Below are positions 1-13,846 of a stretch of DNA of 64,000 nucleotides, in pieces (within the stretch, counting starts at the first letter, position 1; the number at the start of each line of letters is the position of its first letter). The notes under the pieces were generated by a model. That model saw only the letters and a program-made list of their open reading frames with translations. It was not told the DNA's origin and did not search any database. The position numbers and the translations under genes were made by a program. The DNA is from Phyllobates terribilis (taxonomy: Eukaryota), in contig NW_027362769.1 in assembly GCF_046119375.1 (NCBI RefSeq), positions 359,910,001-359,974,000 of the forward strand. The letters run 5' to 3'.

Positions 1-512
1 TTCCGGCTATAGTGGCCTGTTCAGAAGTTATCAAAATTTAGGTGGTAAAAATAAACTTTTTCATTCTTTTCATGCCACTTTCCATTATTTCCTGAAAAGA
101 ACCAGAAGGGTTAATGAACTACCTGAAAGCAGTTTTAAGTACCTTGAGGGGTGCAGTTTTTAAAATGGTATGACTTTTGGGTGGTTTCCAACATATGGGA
201 CCCCCAAAGTCACTTCAAAACTGAATTGGTCCCTATAAAAATACATTTTGTAAATTTCCTGGAAAAAATGAAAAATTACTGCTACATTTTTAAAACTTCT
301 AAAATGTTAACAAAATAAAACAACGCTTTACAAATGGAGCTGATGTAAAGCAGACATGAGGGAAATGTTATTTAATAATGTTTTTGTGTGGTATGACTAT
401 TGGGATTAAAGGGATAGTCATACAAAGTTTGAAAATTGCAATTTTTAAAATATTTTTGTCAAATTTCTGATATTTCTGATATTTTTATAAATAAACTCAA
501 AACATATTTAAA
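1..512. repeat. AT-rich sequence, probably the interior of a non-autonomous DNA transposon
   Basis: No ORF; A/T-run-rich composition. Family not assignable without a library search. Confidence 0.3.
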
Positions 513-518
513 TAGTGA

Positions 519-966
519 TATTATGATCTGCAAAAAGTACTAAGGAAAGTAAGGGGAAAGCTATCCCTACAGTAAGACTAAGCTGAATCCCTACAATGTA
601 GCGGGCTGCCTGTTCCTTGCGAACAGACCCGCCTTAGTCCTCGAATAGTCTGAACGAAGACCTATAGCATAAGGGAGGGGTCCCTAAAAGAACTTAGGAC
701 TGGAACAAAAATGGGACTCCTCCTAAACAGAGAAGTTGTTGCAGAACACAAAAAGATAAACTGACAAAAGGTACTAGAGGTCCCAGAAGGACCAAGCGAA
801 CTGACAGAGAAAGGCACCGAAGCACCTGGCTAGCAAAACAGACAAACAACACTGAAGTCCAGCACAGCCAAAAGGGTGGAGCTGGAATATAAAGGCAGAT
901 GGTCACGTGTCCGCAAAACACAAGATGGAAAAAACAAACAAAAAAACAAACAGGAGGGTTCTAACA
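519..966 (-). repeat. 3' LTR of Gypsy element
   Basis: Direct repeat of 16360-16770 (roughly 90% by eye, plus indels); minus strand starts TGTTAGAACC; preceded by PPT. Confidence 0.92.
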
Positions 967-980
967 GTACCCCCTCTTTT
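967..980 (-). other. Polypurine tract
   Basis: Minus strand AAAAGAGGGGGTAC directly abuts the TG of the 3' LTR. Confidence 0.8.
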
Positions 981-3498
981 ATGAGGATCCTCCGGATCCT
1001 CCAAGCCCAGGCCTATCCGGAAACCTCCTGTGGAAAGCTCTAATAAGCATAGGAGCAGAGACATCATCCGCCCTTACCCAGGAGTTATCTTCGGGACCGA
1101 AACCCTTCCAGGAGACGAGATACTGTAATCTCACTCTATGCCATCTAGAATTCAAGATACGAGAAATTTCATTTTCGCCGTCTTCCACCACAGGAGGAAC
1201 TGAGACAGTGGCATCCCTATCTGATACATCAGCTTTTTTCAACAAGGAAACATGAAACACAGGATTAATCTTCCAGGAAGTAGGGACATCCAACCTAACA
1301 GCAGACCGGTTAATAACCTGAAGCACTTTAAATGGACCACAAACTTAGGACCCAGTTTTTTAAAGGGAATCATCAACAGCAAGTTCCTTGAGGACAACCA
1401 AACCATGCCACCCATAGTAAACAAAACCTCCTTACGTTTCCTGTCAAAATACTTATTGGACTTCCTGTTAGCCTCTTGAAGGTTGCAACGTACATTAGTC
1501 CAAACTGTCTCCAAATCACCGGAAAAATTCTCCTCCCCCGGCACCGTCAACCCCAATTTGGAGAACGAACCAAAAGGAGAACACCCAGCAGAGGAGGATG
1601 TATGATTGTTAAGAGCAAATTCTGCGAGAGGCAGAAGCTCAGACCACACCTCTTGATTGTCCGAGACAAAACAACGCAAAAACTGTTCTACATCTTGGTT
1701 CTTTCTTTCAGTCTGTCCATTAGACTCAGGATGATACCCAGACGAAAATGACAAATGGACTCCCAACCTGTCACAAAAAGCACGCCAAAAGCGAGCCACA
1801 AACTGAGGTCCTCTATCAGAAACAATATCCGTGGGAACACCATGAAGCTTGACAATCTCCTTAACAAACGTTTTAGCGAGAGTCTTGGCGCAGGGCCACG
1901 TAATGAATGGAACCAAATGACACATCTTACTAAAACGGTCCAAGACCACCCAGATGAAACCCTCGTACCCAGGCAGATCAGAAATAAAATCCATTGTGAG
2001 ATGCGTCCAAGGCGTACTAGGAACCTCCAGAGGGCAAAGCAACCCCGCAGCAGGAGTATGTGAAGCCTTTGACCTAGCACACACAGTACATTGACGCATC
2101 CACTTTATGACTTCCTTCTGCCATCCAGGCCACCAAAAACTGCGACTGATAAGTCTCTTAGTCTCAGAAATTCCCGGATGACCTGCCAACCGAGACTCAT
2201 GACACTCCACAAACAACTCTCTCCTAAAGGTTCTAGAAACGAACAATCTCCCATGGGGAGTGTTAGATGGAGCATCATCTTGAGCTTTCAGAATCCCATT
2301 CTCCAAAACGGAGTCCAATGCCGACACCACAACTCCTTTCTGTAAAATGGTCTCCTCCTCCTCGGCACCGACCGTAGGAGAGAAGCTGCAAGATAAATCA
2401 TTGGCTTTAACATTCTTTGTACCAGGGATATAGGTAACAGAAAAATGAAACCGAGAAAAAAAAGTGCTCACCTAGCATTCAAGCACTTGGCAGCATTCAG
2501 ATAGATCAAATTCTTATGATCTGTGAAAACCTGAATAGGAAATCTAGCGCCTTCCAAAAAATGACGCCAATGTTCAAACGCGAGTTTAATAGACAACAAC
2601 TCCCAATTTCCAACATCATAATTCAATTCGGTTTTCAAATTTTTTTTCGAAAACAAGGCACAAGGATGTACTCTATCCCTGTTCTCCTAAGACAAAACTG
2701 CTCCGACCCCGACCGATGAAGCATCGACCTCGACCAAAAAAGGCTTGGTCTCATCAGGCTGCATAAGGATAGGGGTAGAACTGAACCTCTCTTTGAGATA
2801 CTCAAACGCTTCAATGGCCTCAGTAGTCCACTGGGCCGTATTCGCTCCTTTCCTGGTGAGATCGGTTAAAGGCTTAACAATTACAGAAAAATTCTTAATG
2901 AATTTCCTGTAATAATTGGCAAAACCCAAAAATCTCTGTATAGATTTCAAACCAATAGGCTTAGGTCCTTCCTGAACAGCCTGAACCTTCACCGGGTCCT
3001 TCTCAAAGACCTCGCTGGAGACAATGTAGCCCAAAAAACTAATTTTTTTGCACAGCGAACTCACATTTCTCCAGCTTAACAAAGAGTGAATTATCACTCA
3101 ATAACTGCAAAACTTCACGTACACTCTGCCAATGGGACTCCAGATCTGGTGAATAAATCAAAATGTCATCCAAATACACAACCACATTCTTACCAATCAA
3201 AGGTCTCAGAATGTCATTAATAAGGTTCTGAAAAAATGCAGGTGCATTGGTAAGACCGAAAGGCATCACCAGATTCTCAAAATGACCTACCGGAGTGTTA
3301 AAAGCAGTTTTCTATTCATCACCCTCCTTCACTCGTAACAAATTGTATGCCCCCCGGAGATCAATCTTAGAGAACCACTTGGCCCCCACTAACTGGTTAC
3401 ACAAGTCAGGAATTAACGGCAATGAGTAGGAATTGCGTACGGTAATCTTATTAATTTCACGAAAATCCAGACATGGACGTAAACCCCCGTCCTTTTTT
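979..3498 (-). pseudogene. Gypsy pol (RT-RNase H-integrase-chromodomain), frameshifted
   Basis: ORF pieces: [18 protein letters not shown] (RT), VEVDASSVGVGAVL and VFTDHKNL (RNase H), H-x-GHPG...C-x2-C, VSDRGPQF, ESNGQTER (integrase), YLVSWKGFGPEDNSW (chromodomain). Confidence 0.93.
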
Positions 3499-3533
3499 TT
3501 AACCCCTTTCTGACCCAGGGCGTATTAGTACGT

Positions 3534-3613
3534 AGAGGAAGACCGTCACCGCTATGGACGTGGTGTACGCGCTCAAGCGCCAGGGCCGCACTCTCTACGG
3601 CTTCGGAGGTTAA
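3534..3613 (+). pseudogene. H4: Histone H4 3' fragment ([25 protein letters not shown])
   Basis: Matches the 3' end of H4 at about 61555-61634; 5' part absent; homologous 3' flank continues to about 3770. Confidence 0.95.
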
Positions 3614-3645
3614 TTGTATTCTCTGCTCCATCCTGACAACCCAAA

Positions 3646-3661
3646 GGCTCTTTTCAGAGCC
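3646..3661 (+). terminator. Histone 3' stem-loop (H4 fragment)
   Basis: GGCTCT-TTTC-AGAGCC preceded by CCAAA, followed by ACCAC. Confidence 0.95.
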
Positions 3662-4710
3662 ACCACATCTTCTGAGTGAGAGGCTACAATCTCCTGTTGC
3701 TGTGCCGGGAGCTGATCTCTACTGTGCACTGGTGATCTCTGTATTCTGGCTGGTGGATCGCTCAGGTGTCCAGTTTGGGTGATGTGATGTGTCTTCTTAT
3801 GGATCTATAACAAATATTACACACGGTGGATGCGGGGGAGTGGTGATACATATAGCTCTGTGCACACAGCTCATACCCTGCTGTGATGCGATTATTACAG
3901 AACAGAAATCCAAGTCTTGCCATGAGATGAATGTGTTGATTCTGCTACATGATATTTTTTCAGATCAGTGTAGGATGCAGCGAATATTCACTGCATGAGG
4001 CAGCTGGATAGATGGCCGCCCTGTGTACCCGGTATGTAGACTCCAATGTGATGACCGCTGATCTGTTTAGCCAATGAGTAGTAACCAGATATAGGGGTTT
4101 CCTCCTTCGTTTAACTCCTTAGTGGCCGTGTGTCTGCTGATCACACACATGATTTACTCAAGCGGCTCCTTCCCCCACTACAGACCCGCAGCGCTCACAT
4201 CAGGCTCCTGGTAGAACATGAGACTTGTCTTAGTCTGTGGTGGGATCGGAACCGACACCACAGGGAATCCGCAAAGAATAATACGCGGGTGAGTGAGGAG
4301 CCTCCTGCACGTGTAGATGGAGCGGAGAAGCATCAGATCACTGCTGAATATACAGATAACGGCACTGATTGGAATTAACCCCCTCTCCCCCTACATGAGG
4401 ATTGTGTGGAGCGCAGAAAACCCAAGCAAAGTAATCGTCCAATTTATAGGTTTTGTGGAATAAAAAACATAATGACTGGACTCCATGCTTAATCTTCCCC
4501 TACGGAAATATTTACCAGTCATCCCTTGTACACTGCTGAATATACTAGATCACTGCACCATCACCACACCAGTAACATGTAGCAGGATCTACCTGTGCAT
4601 TTAATGCTTCTACTCTATAGTAAACAATGTATCGTGTAGTTCTATCTGACGCTGCAGGCGATGGTTCTCTTATCCACCAGCGGTGCCGGCTCTGATGAGG
4701 AGGATGTGGT

Positions 4711-4726
4711 GGCTCTTAGAAGAGCC
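4711..4726 (-). terminator. Histone 3' stem-loop (H2A)
   Basis: Minus strand GGCTCT-TCTA-AGAGCC, preceded by CCAAA and followed by ACCAC. Confidence 0.92.
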
Positions 4727-4760
4727 TTTGGTTGTTCGGACAGATGTGGAGGAGCGGCGC

Positions 4761-5823
<1,063 letters not shown>

Positions 5824-5857
5824 NNNNNTCCGTCTGCTGCTCCGCCATCACCCCAAA

Positions 5858-5873
5858 GGCTCTTCTAAGAGCC
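5858..5873 (+). terminator. Histone 3' stem-loop (H2B)
   Basis: GGCTCT-TCTA-AGAGCC then ACCAC. Confidence 0.93.
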
Positions 5874-5879
5874 ACCACC

Positions 5880-8288
5880 CCGTCTACATCAGAGCTGTGG
5901 CTGCTCCTGTGTCCTCTCCCGTCTACATCAGAGCTGTGGCTGCTCCTGTGTCCTCTCCCGTCTACATCAGAGCTGTGGCTGCTCCTGTGTCCTCTCCCGT
6001 CTACATCAGAGCTGTGGCTGCTCCTGTGTCCTCTCCCGTCTACATCGGAGCTGTGGCTGCTCCTGTGTCCTCTGCCGTCTACATCGGAGCTGTGGCTGCT
6101 CCTGTGTCCTCTGCCGTCTACATCGGAGCTGTGGCTGCTCCTGTGTCCTCTGCCGTCTACATCGGAGCTGTGGCTGCTCCTGTGTCCTCTCCCGTCTACA
6201 TCGGAGCTGTGGCTGCTCCTGTGTCCTCTCCCGTCTCCATCGGAGCTGTGGCTGCTCCTGTGTCCTCTCCCGTCTACATCGGAGCTGTGGCTGCTCCTGT
6301 GTCCTCTCCCGTCTCCAGAGCTGTGGCTGCTCCTGTGTCCTCTCCCGTCTACATCAGGGCTGTGGCTGCTCCTGTGTCCTCTCCCGTCTACATCAGAGCT
6401 GTGGCTGCTCCTGTGTCCTCTCCCGTCTACATCAGAGCTGTGGCTGCTCCTGTGTCCTCTCCCGTCTACATCAGAGCTGTGGCTGCTCCTGTGTCCTCTG
6501 CCGTCTACATCGGAGCTGTGGCTGCTCCTGTGTCCTCTGCCGTCTACATCGGAGCTGTGGCTGCTCCTGTGTCCTCTGCCGTCTACATCGGAGCTGTGGC
6601 TGCTCCTGTGTCCTCTGCCGTCTACATCGGAGCTGTGGCTGCTCCTGTGTCCTCTCCCGTCTACATCGGAGCTGTGGCTGCTCCTGTGTCCTCTCCCATC
6701 TACATCAGAGCTGTGGCTGCTCCTGTGTCCTCTCCCGTCTCCATCAGAGCTGTGGCTGCTCCTGTGTCCTCTCCCGTCTACATCGGAGCTGTGGCTGCTC
6801 CTGTGTCCTCTCCCGTCTCCATCAGAGCTGTGGCTGCTCCTGTGTCCTCTCCCGTCTCCATCAGAGCTGTGGCTGCTCCTGTGTCCTCTCCCGTGTACAT
6901 CAGAGCTGTGGCTGCTCCTGTGTCCTCTCCCGTCTCCATCAGAGCTGTGGCTGCTCCTGTGTCCTCTCCCGTCTACATCAGGGCTGTGGCTGCTCCTGTG
7001 TCCTCTCCCGTCTCCATCAGAGCTGTGGCTGCTCCTGTGTCCTCTCCCGTGTACATCAGAGCTGTGGCTGCTCCTGTGTCCTCTCCCGTGTACATCAGAG
7101 CTGTGGCTGCTCCTGTGTCCTCTCCCGTCTACATCAGAGCTGTGGCTGCTCCTGTGTCCTCTCCCGTCTACATCGGAGCTGTGGCTGCTCCTGTGTCCTC
7201 TGCCGTCTACATCGGAGCTGTGGCTGCTCCTGTGTCCTCTGCCGTCTACATCGGAGCTGTGGCTGCTCCTGTGTCCTCTGCCGTCTCCATCGGAGCTGTG
7301 GCTGCTCCTGTGTCCTCTCCCGTCTACATCAGAGCTGTGGCTGCTCCTGTGTCCTCTCCCGTCTACATCGGAGCTGTGGCTGCTCCTGTGTCCTCTCCCG
7401 TCTACATCGGAGCTGTGGCTGCTCCTGTGTCCTCTCCCGTCTACATCGGAGCGGTGGCTGCTCCTGTGTCCTCTCCCGTCTACATCGGAGCTGTGGCTGC
7501 TCCTGTGTCCTCTGCCGTCTACATCGGAGCGGTGGCTGCTCCTGTGTCCTCTCCCGTCTACATCGGAGCGGTGGCTGCTCCTGTGTCCTCTCCCGTCTAC
7601 ATCGGAGCTGTGGCTGCTCCTGTGTCCTCTCCCGTCTACATCAGGGCTGTGGCTGCTCCTGTGTCCTCTCCCGTCTCCATCAGAGCTGTGGCTGCTCCTG
7701 TGTCCTCTCCCGTCTCCATCAGAGCTGTGGCTGCTCCTGTGTCCTCTCCCGTCTCCATCAGGGCTGTGGCTGCTCCTGTGTCCTCTCCCGTCTCCATCAG
7801 AGCTGTGGCTGCTCCTGTGTTCTCTCCCGTCTCCATCAGAGCTGTGGCTGCTCCTGTGTCCTCTCCCGTCTCCATCAGAGCTGTGGCTGCTCCTGTGTCC
7901 TCTCCCGTCTCCATCAGAGCTGTGGCTGCTCCTGTGTCCTCTCCCGTGTACATCAGAGCTGTGGCTGCTCCTGTGTCCTCTCCCGTGTACATCAGAGCTG
8001 TGGCTGCTCCTGTGTCCTCTCCCGTCTACATCAGAGCTGTGGCTGCTTCTGTGTCCTCTCCCGTCTACATCAGAGCTGTGGCTGCTCCTGTGTCCTCTAC
8101 CGTCTACATCAGAGCTGTGGCTGCTCCTGTGTCCTCTCCCGTCTACATCAGAGCTGTGGCTGCTCCTGTGTCCTCTCCCGTCTACATCGGAGCTGTGGCT
8201 GCTCCTGTGTCCTCTCCCGTCTACATCAGAGCGGTGGCTGCTCCTGTGTCCTCTCCCGTCTCCATCAGAGCTGTGGCTGCTCCTGTGT
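5880..8288 (+). repeat. 39-bp minisatellite, about 62 units, each with a histone-downstream-element motif
   Basis: Unit CCGTCTACATC(A/G)GAGCTGTGGCTGCTCCTGTGTCCTCTC; begins 7 nt after the H2B stem-loop. Confidence 0.97.
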
Positions 8289-9122
8289 TCTGTCTATTCA
8301 CAGGGTAAATGACAGGTGGCGCTAGTAGAGCTGATTAACCCTTTCTAGACTGATGGTGAAACCTATGAATGAGTCCTTCACAGCTCTGATCCTTTCAGTA
8401 ATCTTATGAGCGAGTTGTCCTGTGTTCAGTGGCTTTTTACTCCACCCCTTGCTCCCCAGATCTGATATTCCGGGGTCTCCTCCATCCTGTATAACATGAT
8501 TCGTTTAGTTCATGTTTCTCCGAATAACATGAGACATTTGTGTAGATTTTATCTATAATTCCGGACACTTCTTTTCACAGCGGAAGAAATTACATCATTA
8601 CATTTAGAAGTTGTGGAAACTACAATGAGCGGGAAATTCATAATCCGTAGAGGAAGAGGAGGAGCTAATGTTACCAATGGGTGAATTCCCGCTCAGTGGC
8701 TGATGGATTTTCTGTTCTTTGTCATCATATAACACGTGGTCCTATGTCGGGCCGATATCGGGAACACCTGCATGTGTGCAGCGATTATTCCTCGTTTACA
8801 TCATACAGGAGTCTGTAGAGTTTCGGGATTAGGGCAGCAGATCTTTCTCTTCCGTACATTGCATCACAATCACTATTGTGGAGGACTATATACTGATCGG
8901 GGATTTATCCTACAAGAGACATTTCTAGAAAGATCAATTCTACTTTCCCATGCAGATCTCATTATGTCTCCCCGATCATCTCCTCAGCAGTTTTCCAGTA
9001 ATCCATTTACAGATCAATTCTACAGCTAAAGGCAGGAGGTTTGTGACAGGACACGTACGATCGTGGATTGCAGATTGCTGAGAGTTCATTGCTCAGAACA
9101 TTACACTCTGCTGTCAGGAGCC

Positions 9123-9914
9123 TATAGGTCAGGCATGCAGTATAGGTCAGGCATGCAGTATAGGTCAGGCATGCAGTATAGGTCAGGCATGCAGTATAGG
9201 TCAGGCATGCAGTATAGGTCAGGCATGCAGTATAGGTCAGGCATGCAGTATAGGTCAGGCATGCAGTATAGGTCGGGCATGCAGTATAGGTCAGGCATGC
9301 AGTATAGGTCAGGCATGCAGTATAGGTCAGGCATGCAGTATAGGTCGGGCATGCAGTATAGGTCGGGCATGCAGTATAGGTCGGGCATGCAGTATAGGTC
9401 GGGCATGCAGTATAGGTCAGGCATGCAGTATAGGTCGGGCATGCAGTATAGGTCGGGCATGCAGTATAGGTCGGGCATGCAGTATAGGTCAGGCATGCAG
9501 TATAGGTCAGGCATGCAGTATAGGTCAGGCATGCAGTATAGGTCAGGCATGCAGTATAGGTCAGGCATGCAGTATAGGTCGGGCATGCAGTATAGGTCAG
9601 GCATGCAGTATAGGTCAGGCATGCAGTATAGGTCAGGCATGCAGTATAGGTCGGGCATGCAGTATAGGTCGGGCATGCAGTATAGGTCGGGCATGCAGTA
9701 TAGGTCAGGCATGCAGTATAGGTCAGGCATGCAGTATAGGTCGGGCATGCAGTATAGGTCAGGCATGCAGTATAGGTCGGGCATGCAGTATAGGTCGGGC
9801 ATGCAGTATAGGTCAGGCATGCAGTATAGGTCAGGCATGCAGTATAGGTCAGGCATGCAGTATAGGTCAGGCATGCAGTATAGGTCAGGCATGCAGTATA
9901 GGTCAGGCATGCAG
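9123..9914 (+). repeat. 18-bp minisatellite, 44 units
   Basis: TATAGGTC(A/G)GGCATGCAG; 792 bp / 18. Confidence 0.98.
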
Positions 9915-10314
9915 TTAGATCCTCAGTCATCACATCCTCCTCAGGAGATTCTTTCCTGCTCAGGTACTGATCGCTCTTCTGCTCTTTCTCTTGTCCTCTC
10001 CCTCTTTATCCACTGACACTGAACATGGGCCCCGTCTCCTCCCAACAGAGAGAAGCTCCGCACTCCAGTTGTGCTTCCCTGCCGGATAATGTCTGTCATA
10101 CAGAAAGCGGATTGCACGATGTGGAGACGATCTGGAGCTGCTGAGACCCCAGAAGGGTAACACAGGCGATGGCCTCCGCTGACTGCCACCTCCCTGACCT
10201 GTAATATAAGTACACCCCACTATTGTGCAAAAGGTGAACTGCTGAGAGAAGACACAAAATGCAGCGTCTACACACAGAGCACAGCTGTATATAGTGCACA
10301 GACTGCACAACAAT

Positions 10315-11720
10315 TATATACAGCAGTGTGTATAGTATATAGAGCTGCCTGTACAGTATATAGAGCAGTGTGTATAGTATATAGAGCAGCCTGTACATTA
10401 TATAGAGCAGCGTGTACAGTATATAGAGCAGTGTGTGCAGTATATAGAGCTGCCTGTACAGTATATAGAGCAGTGTGTACAGTATATAGAGCAGCGTGTA
10501 TAGTATATAGAGCAGTCTGTACAGTATATAGAGCAGCCTGTACAGTATATAGAGCTGCCTGTACAGTATATAGAGCAGTGTGTATAGTATATAGAGCTGC
10601 CTGTACAGTATATAGAGCTGCCTGTACAGTATATAGAGCAGTGTGTACAGTATATAGAGCAGCGTGTATAGTATATAGAGCAGTCTGTACAGTATATAGA
10701 GCAGCCTGTACAGTATATAGAGCTGCCTGTACAGTATATAGAGCAGTGTGTATAATATATAGAGCCGCCTGTACAGTATATAGAGCAGTGTGTACAGTAT
10801 ATAGAGCAGCCTGTACAGTTTGTAGAGCAGGGTGTACAGTATATAGAGCAGTGTGTACAGTATATAGAGCAGCCTGTACAGTATATAGAGCAGTGTGTGC
10901 AGTATATAGAGCAGCCTGTACAGTATATAGAGCAGTGTGTACAGTATATAGAGCAGCCTGTACAGTATATAGAGCAGCGTGTGCAGTATATAGAGCAGTG
11001 TGTACAGTATATAGAGCAGCCTGTACATTATATAGAGCAGTGTGTACAGTATATAGAGCAGCGTGTACAGTATATAGTTCAGTGTGTACAGTATATAGTT
11101 CAGTGTGTACAGTATATAGAACAGTCTGTACAGTATATAGAGCAGTGTGTACAGTATATAGAGCAGCCTGTGCAGTATATAGAGCAGTGTGTACAGTATA
11201 TAGAGCAGCCTGTACAGTTTGTAGAGCAGGGTGTACAGTATATAGAGCAGTGTGTACAGTATATAGAGCAGCCTGTACAGTATATAGAGCAGTGTGTGCA
11301 GTATATAGAGCAGCCTGTACAGTATATAGAGCAGTGTGTACAGTATATAGAGCAGCCTGTACAGTATATAGAGCAGCGTGTGCAGTATATAGAGCAGTGT
11401 GTACAGTATATAGAGCAGCCTGTACATTATATAGAGCAGTGTGTACAGTATATAGAGCAGCGTGTACAGTATATAGAGCAGTGTGTACAGTATATAGAGC
11501 AGCGTGTACAGTATATAGAGCAGTGTGTACAGTATATAGAGCAGCATGTACAGTATATAGAGCAGCCTGTACAGTATATAGAGCAGTGTGTACAGTATAT
11601 AGAGCAGTGTGTATAGTATATAGAGCAGCCTGTACAGTATATAGAGCAATGTGTATAATATATAGTGCCGCCTGTACAGTATATAGAGTAGCCTGTACAG
11701 TATATAGAGTAGCCTGTATA
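10315..11720 (+). repeat. 21-bp minisatellite
   Basis: TATATAGAGCAG(T/C)(G/C)TGTACAG variants; resumes at 13847-14237 after an insertion. Confidence 0.96.
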
Positions 11721-12659
11721 GTCAGGGGTGGATTAAGAGTAGCGCAGCCCCCCCCACACACACACCTGATGTATCACATGTCACATGATCCCCTGTGATA
11801 GTTCACATGAAATTAATTGGGCACAATATTAATTATAATAATTTTTTTTAGGCTGTTTGCCCACTATGAGTTTTTTATGCGTTTCCGCCGCGGCAATTCC
11901 ACTGCAGAAACACTTAAAAAACGCTTGGTAGAAGGCCTTCCATGTTCGCCAATGATAATCCGCATGTGCACTGCACATGCTGCGGAAATTTCCGCTGCGG
12001 ATTATCATTGCGGAAAAATCCGCAGCATTACCAATTATTTTGCGGAAGCGCGGCGTTTTCGCCGCCATTGACTTGCAATGGAACGCATGGAATCCGCATC
12101 ACTGCATTTGTACATGCAGAATCCATGCGTTTCAATGTGCAGATGGTAACCAGGTTTGGAGAAGAGGAGTCTCTCCGCACCCGGGTACCATAGAACCTGT
12201 AAAAAAAGAATAAAATAAAAAATAAATATTATACTTACCTTATGACGTCCCCCGGTGTCTTTATCCTATGCGTCCTGGCTTGCCGGCAGCTCGCGATGGT
12301 CTGAAAATGACCTGCCGTGACGTCATTTAGTCATGTGACGGGTCACACGACCGCTGACGTCGGCAGGCCATCAGAAGGTAAGTATATATTTTTTATTTTT
12401 TACCATTCTTTTACGTTCACACTATATAAATCCATGCTGGTTGCATGGATTTATATAGTGTAACCAAGTTGTCAAGCACTTTCCAAGTGATGCTAAAATC
12501 GCTTGGAAAGCGCTTGTCAACCCGCATGCAGAAATGCATGTGAAGAACGCTTCACTTCCGCTTGTCCCTGGCAGGAAAAACGCATGTACAATCCGCATGT
12601 TCAATCCGCACGCGTTTTTTCTGCCAGGGAGATACAGAAACGCTCAAAATATGAAGCAC

Positions 12660-13310
12660 ACGTAGCCATCTATACACAGCGCGAGGCCGCACGGTGCCAT
12701 CGATACTCAGCGGGAGGCCACAAGGTGCCATCTATACACAGCAGGAGGCCGCACGTAGCTATCTATACACAGCAGGAGGCCGCACGGTGCCATCTATACA
12801 CAGCAGGAGGCAGAACGGTGCCATCTATACACAGCGGGAGGCCGCACGTAGCCATCTATACACAGCGGGAGGCCACACGGTGCCATCTATACACAGCAGG
12901 AGGCCGCACGTAGCTATCTATACACAGCAGGAGGCCGCACGGTGCCATCTATACACAGCAGGAGGCAGAACGGTGCCATCTATACACAGCGGGAGGCCGC
13001 ACGTAGCCATCTATACACAGCGGGAGGCCGCACATAGCCATCTATACACAGGAGGAGGCCGCACATAGCCATCTATACACAGCGGGAGGCTGCACGTAGC
13101 CATCTATACACAGCGGGAGGCCGCACATAGCCATCTATACACAGCAGGAGGCCACACATAGCCATCTATACACAGCAGGAGGCCGCACGGCGCCATCTAT
13201 ACACAGCGAGAGGCCACACAGCGCCATCAATACACAGCGGGAGGACACACGGCACCCACCCCTAGAGACAGCAGGAGGCCGCACGGTGCCATTTATACTC
13301 AGCAGGAGTC
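12660..13310 (+). repeat. About 31-bp tandem repeat
   Basis: GCCATCTATACACAGC(A/G)GGAGGCCGCACG(TA/GT), about 20 copies. Confidence 0.9.
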
Positions 13311-13324
13311 CGCACGCAGTCACG

Positions 13325-13480
13325 CACACACAAACATATACAGACATATACATACATACACGCATAAACACATTTGAAACACAAAAATACATATAAACAG
13401 ACATCACTCAATGACATCTCTCTGCACACACACACACACACACTCAATCACACACACACACACACACTCACACACACTCA
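13325..13480. repeat. CA-rich microsatellite
   Basis: (CA)n tracts. Confidence 0.85.
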
Positions 13481-13846
13481 CCATCCCCCGGCTCGGCTCC
13501 AGTCCTCCTGCTCCTCTCCGATGCAGCAGTGCAGGCCGGGAGCGCACTGCGTGACGTCACAGCTAGGAGACACGGCCGCGCACAGGGCCGTGTCTCCTAG
13601 CTGTGACGTGGCCGGACCAGCACAGGGAAGTTAACTGCTGCAGTGTTGGCGCGGCCGAATAAGAAGTAGCGGCCGTGCGCCGCTGCTGGGGGAGCGGTCC
13701 GGGGGCCCCCCCGCCACTGTCTGCCGTTATGTGCCGCGGCGCCGCACATATAATGAGGGCAATCTAGCCATAGACACCCCGGAGCCCCCCTGAGGAGCGG
13801 GGCCCCGGGCGGTAGCCCAGATTGCCCTCATTATAATCTGCCTATG

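Larger units (their letters stand above)
11723..13846. mobile_element. Non-autonomous hAT-type element inserted in the 21-bp array
   Basis: 8-bp TSD TGTATAGT (11715-11722) / TGTAAAGT (13847-13854); imperfect TIR CAGGGGTGGATTA vs CATAGGCAGATTA (reverse complement); no coding capacity. Confidence 0.65.
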
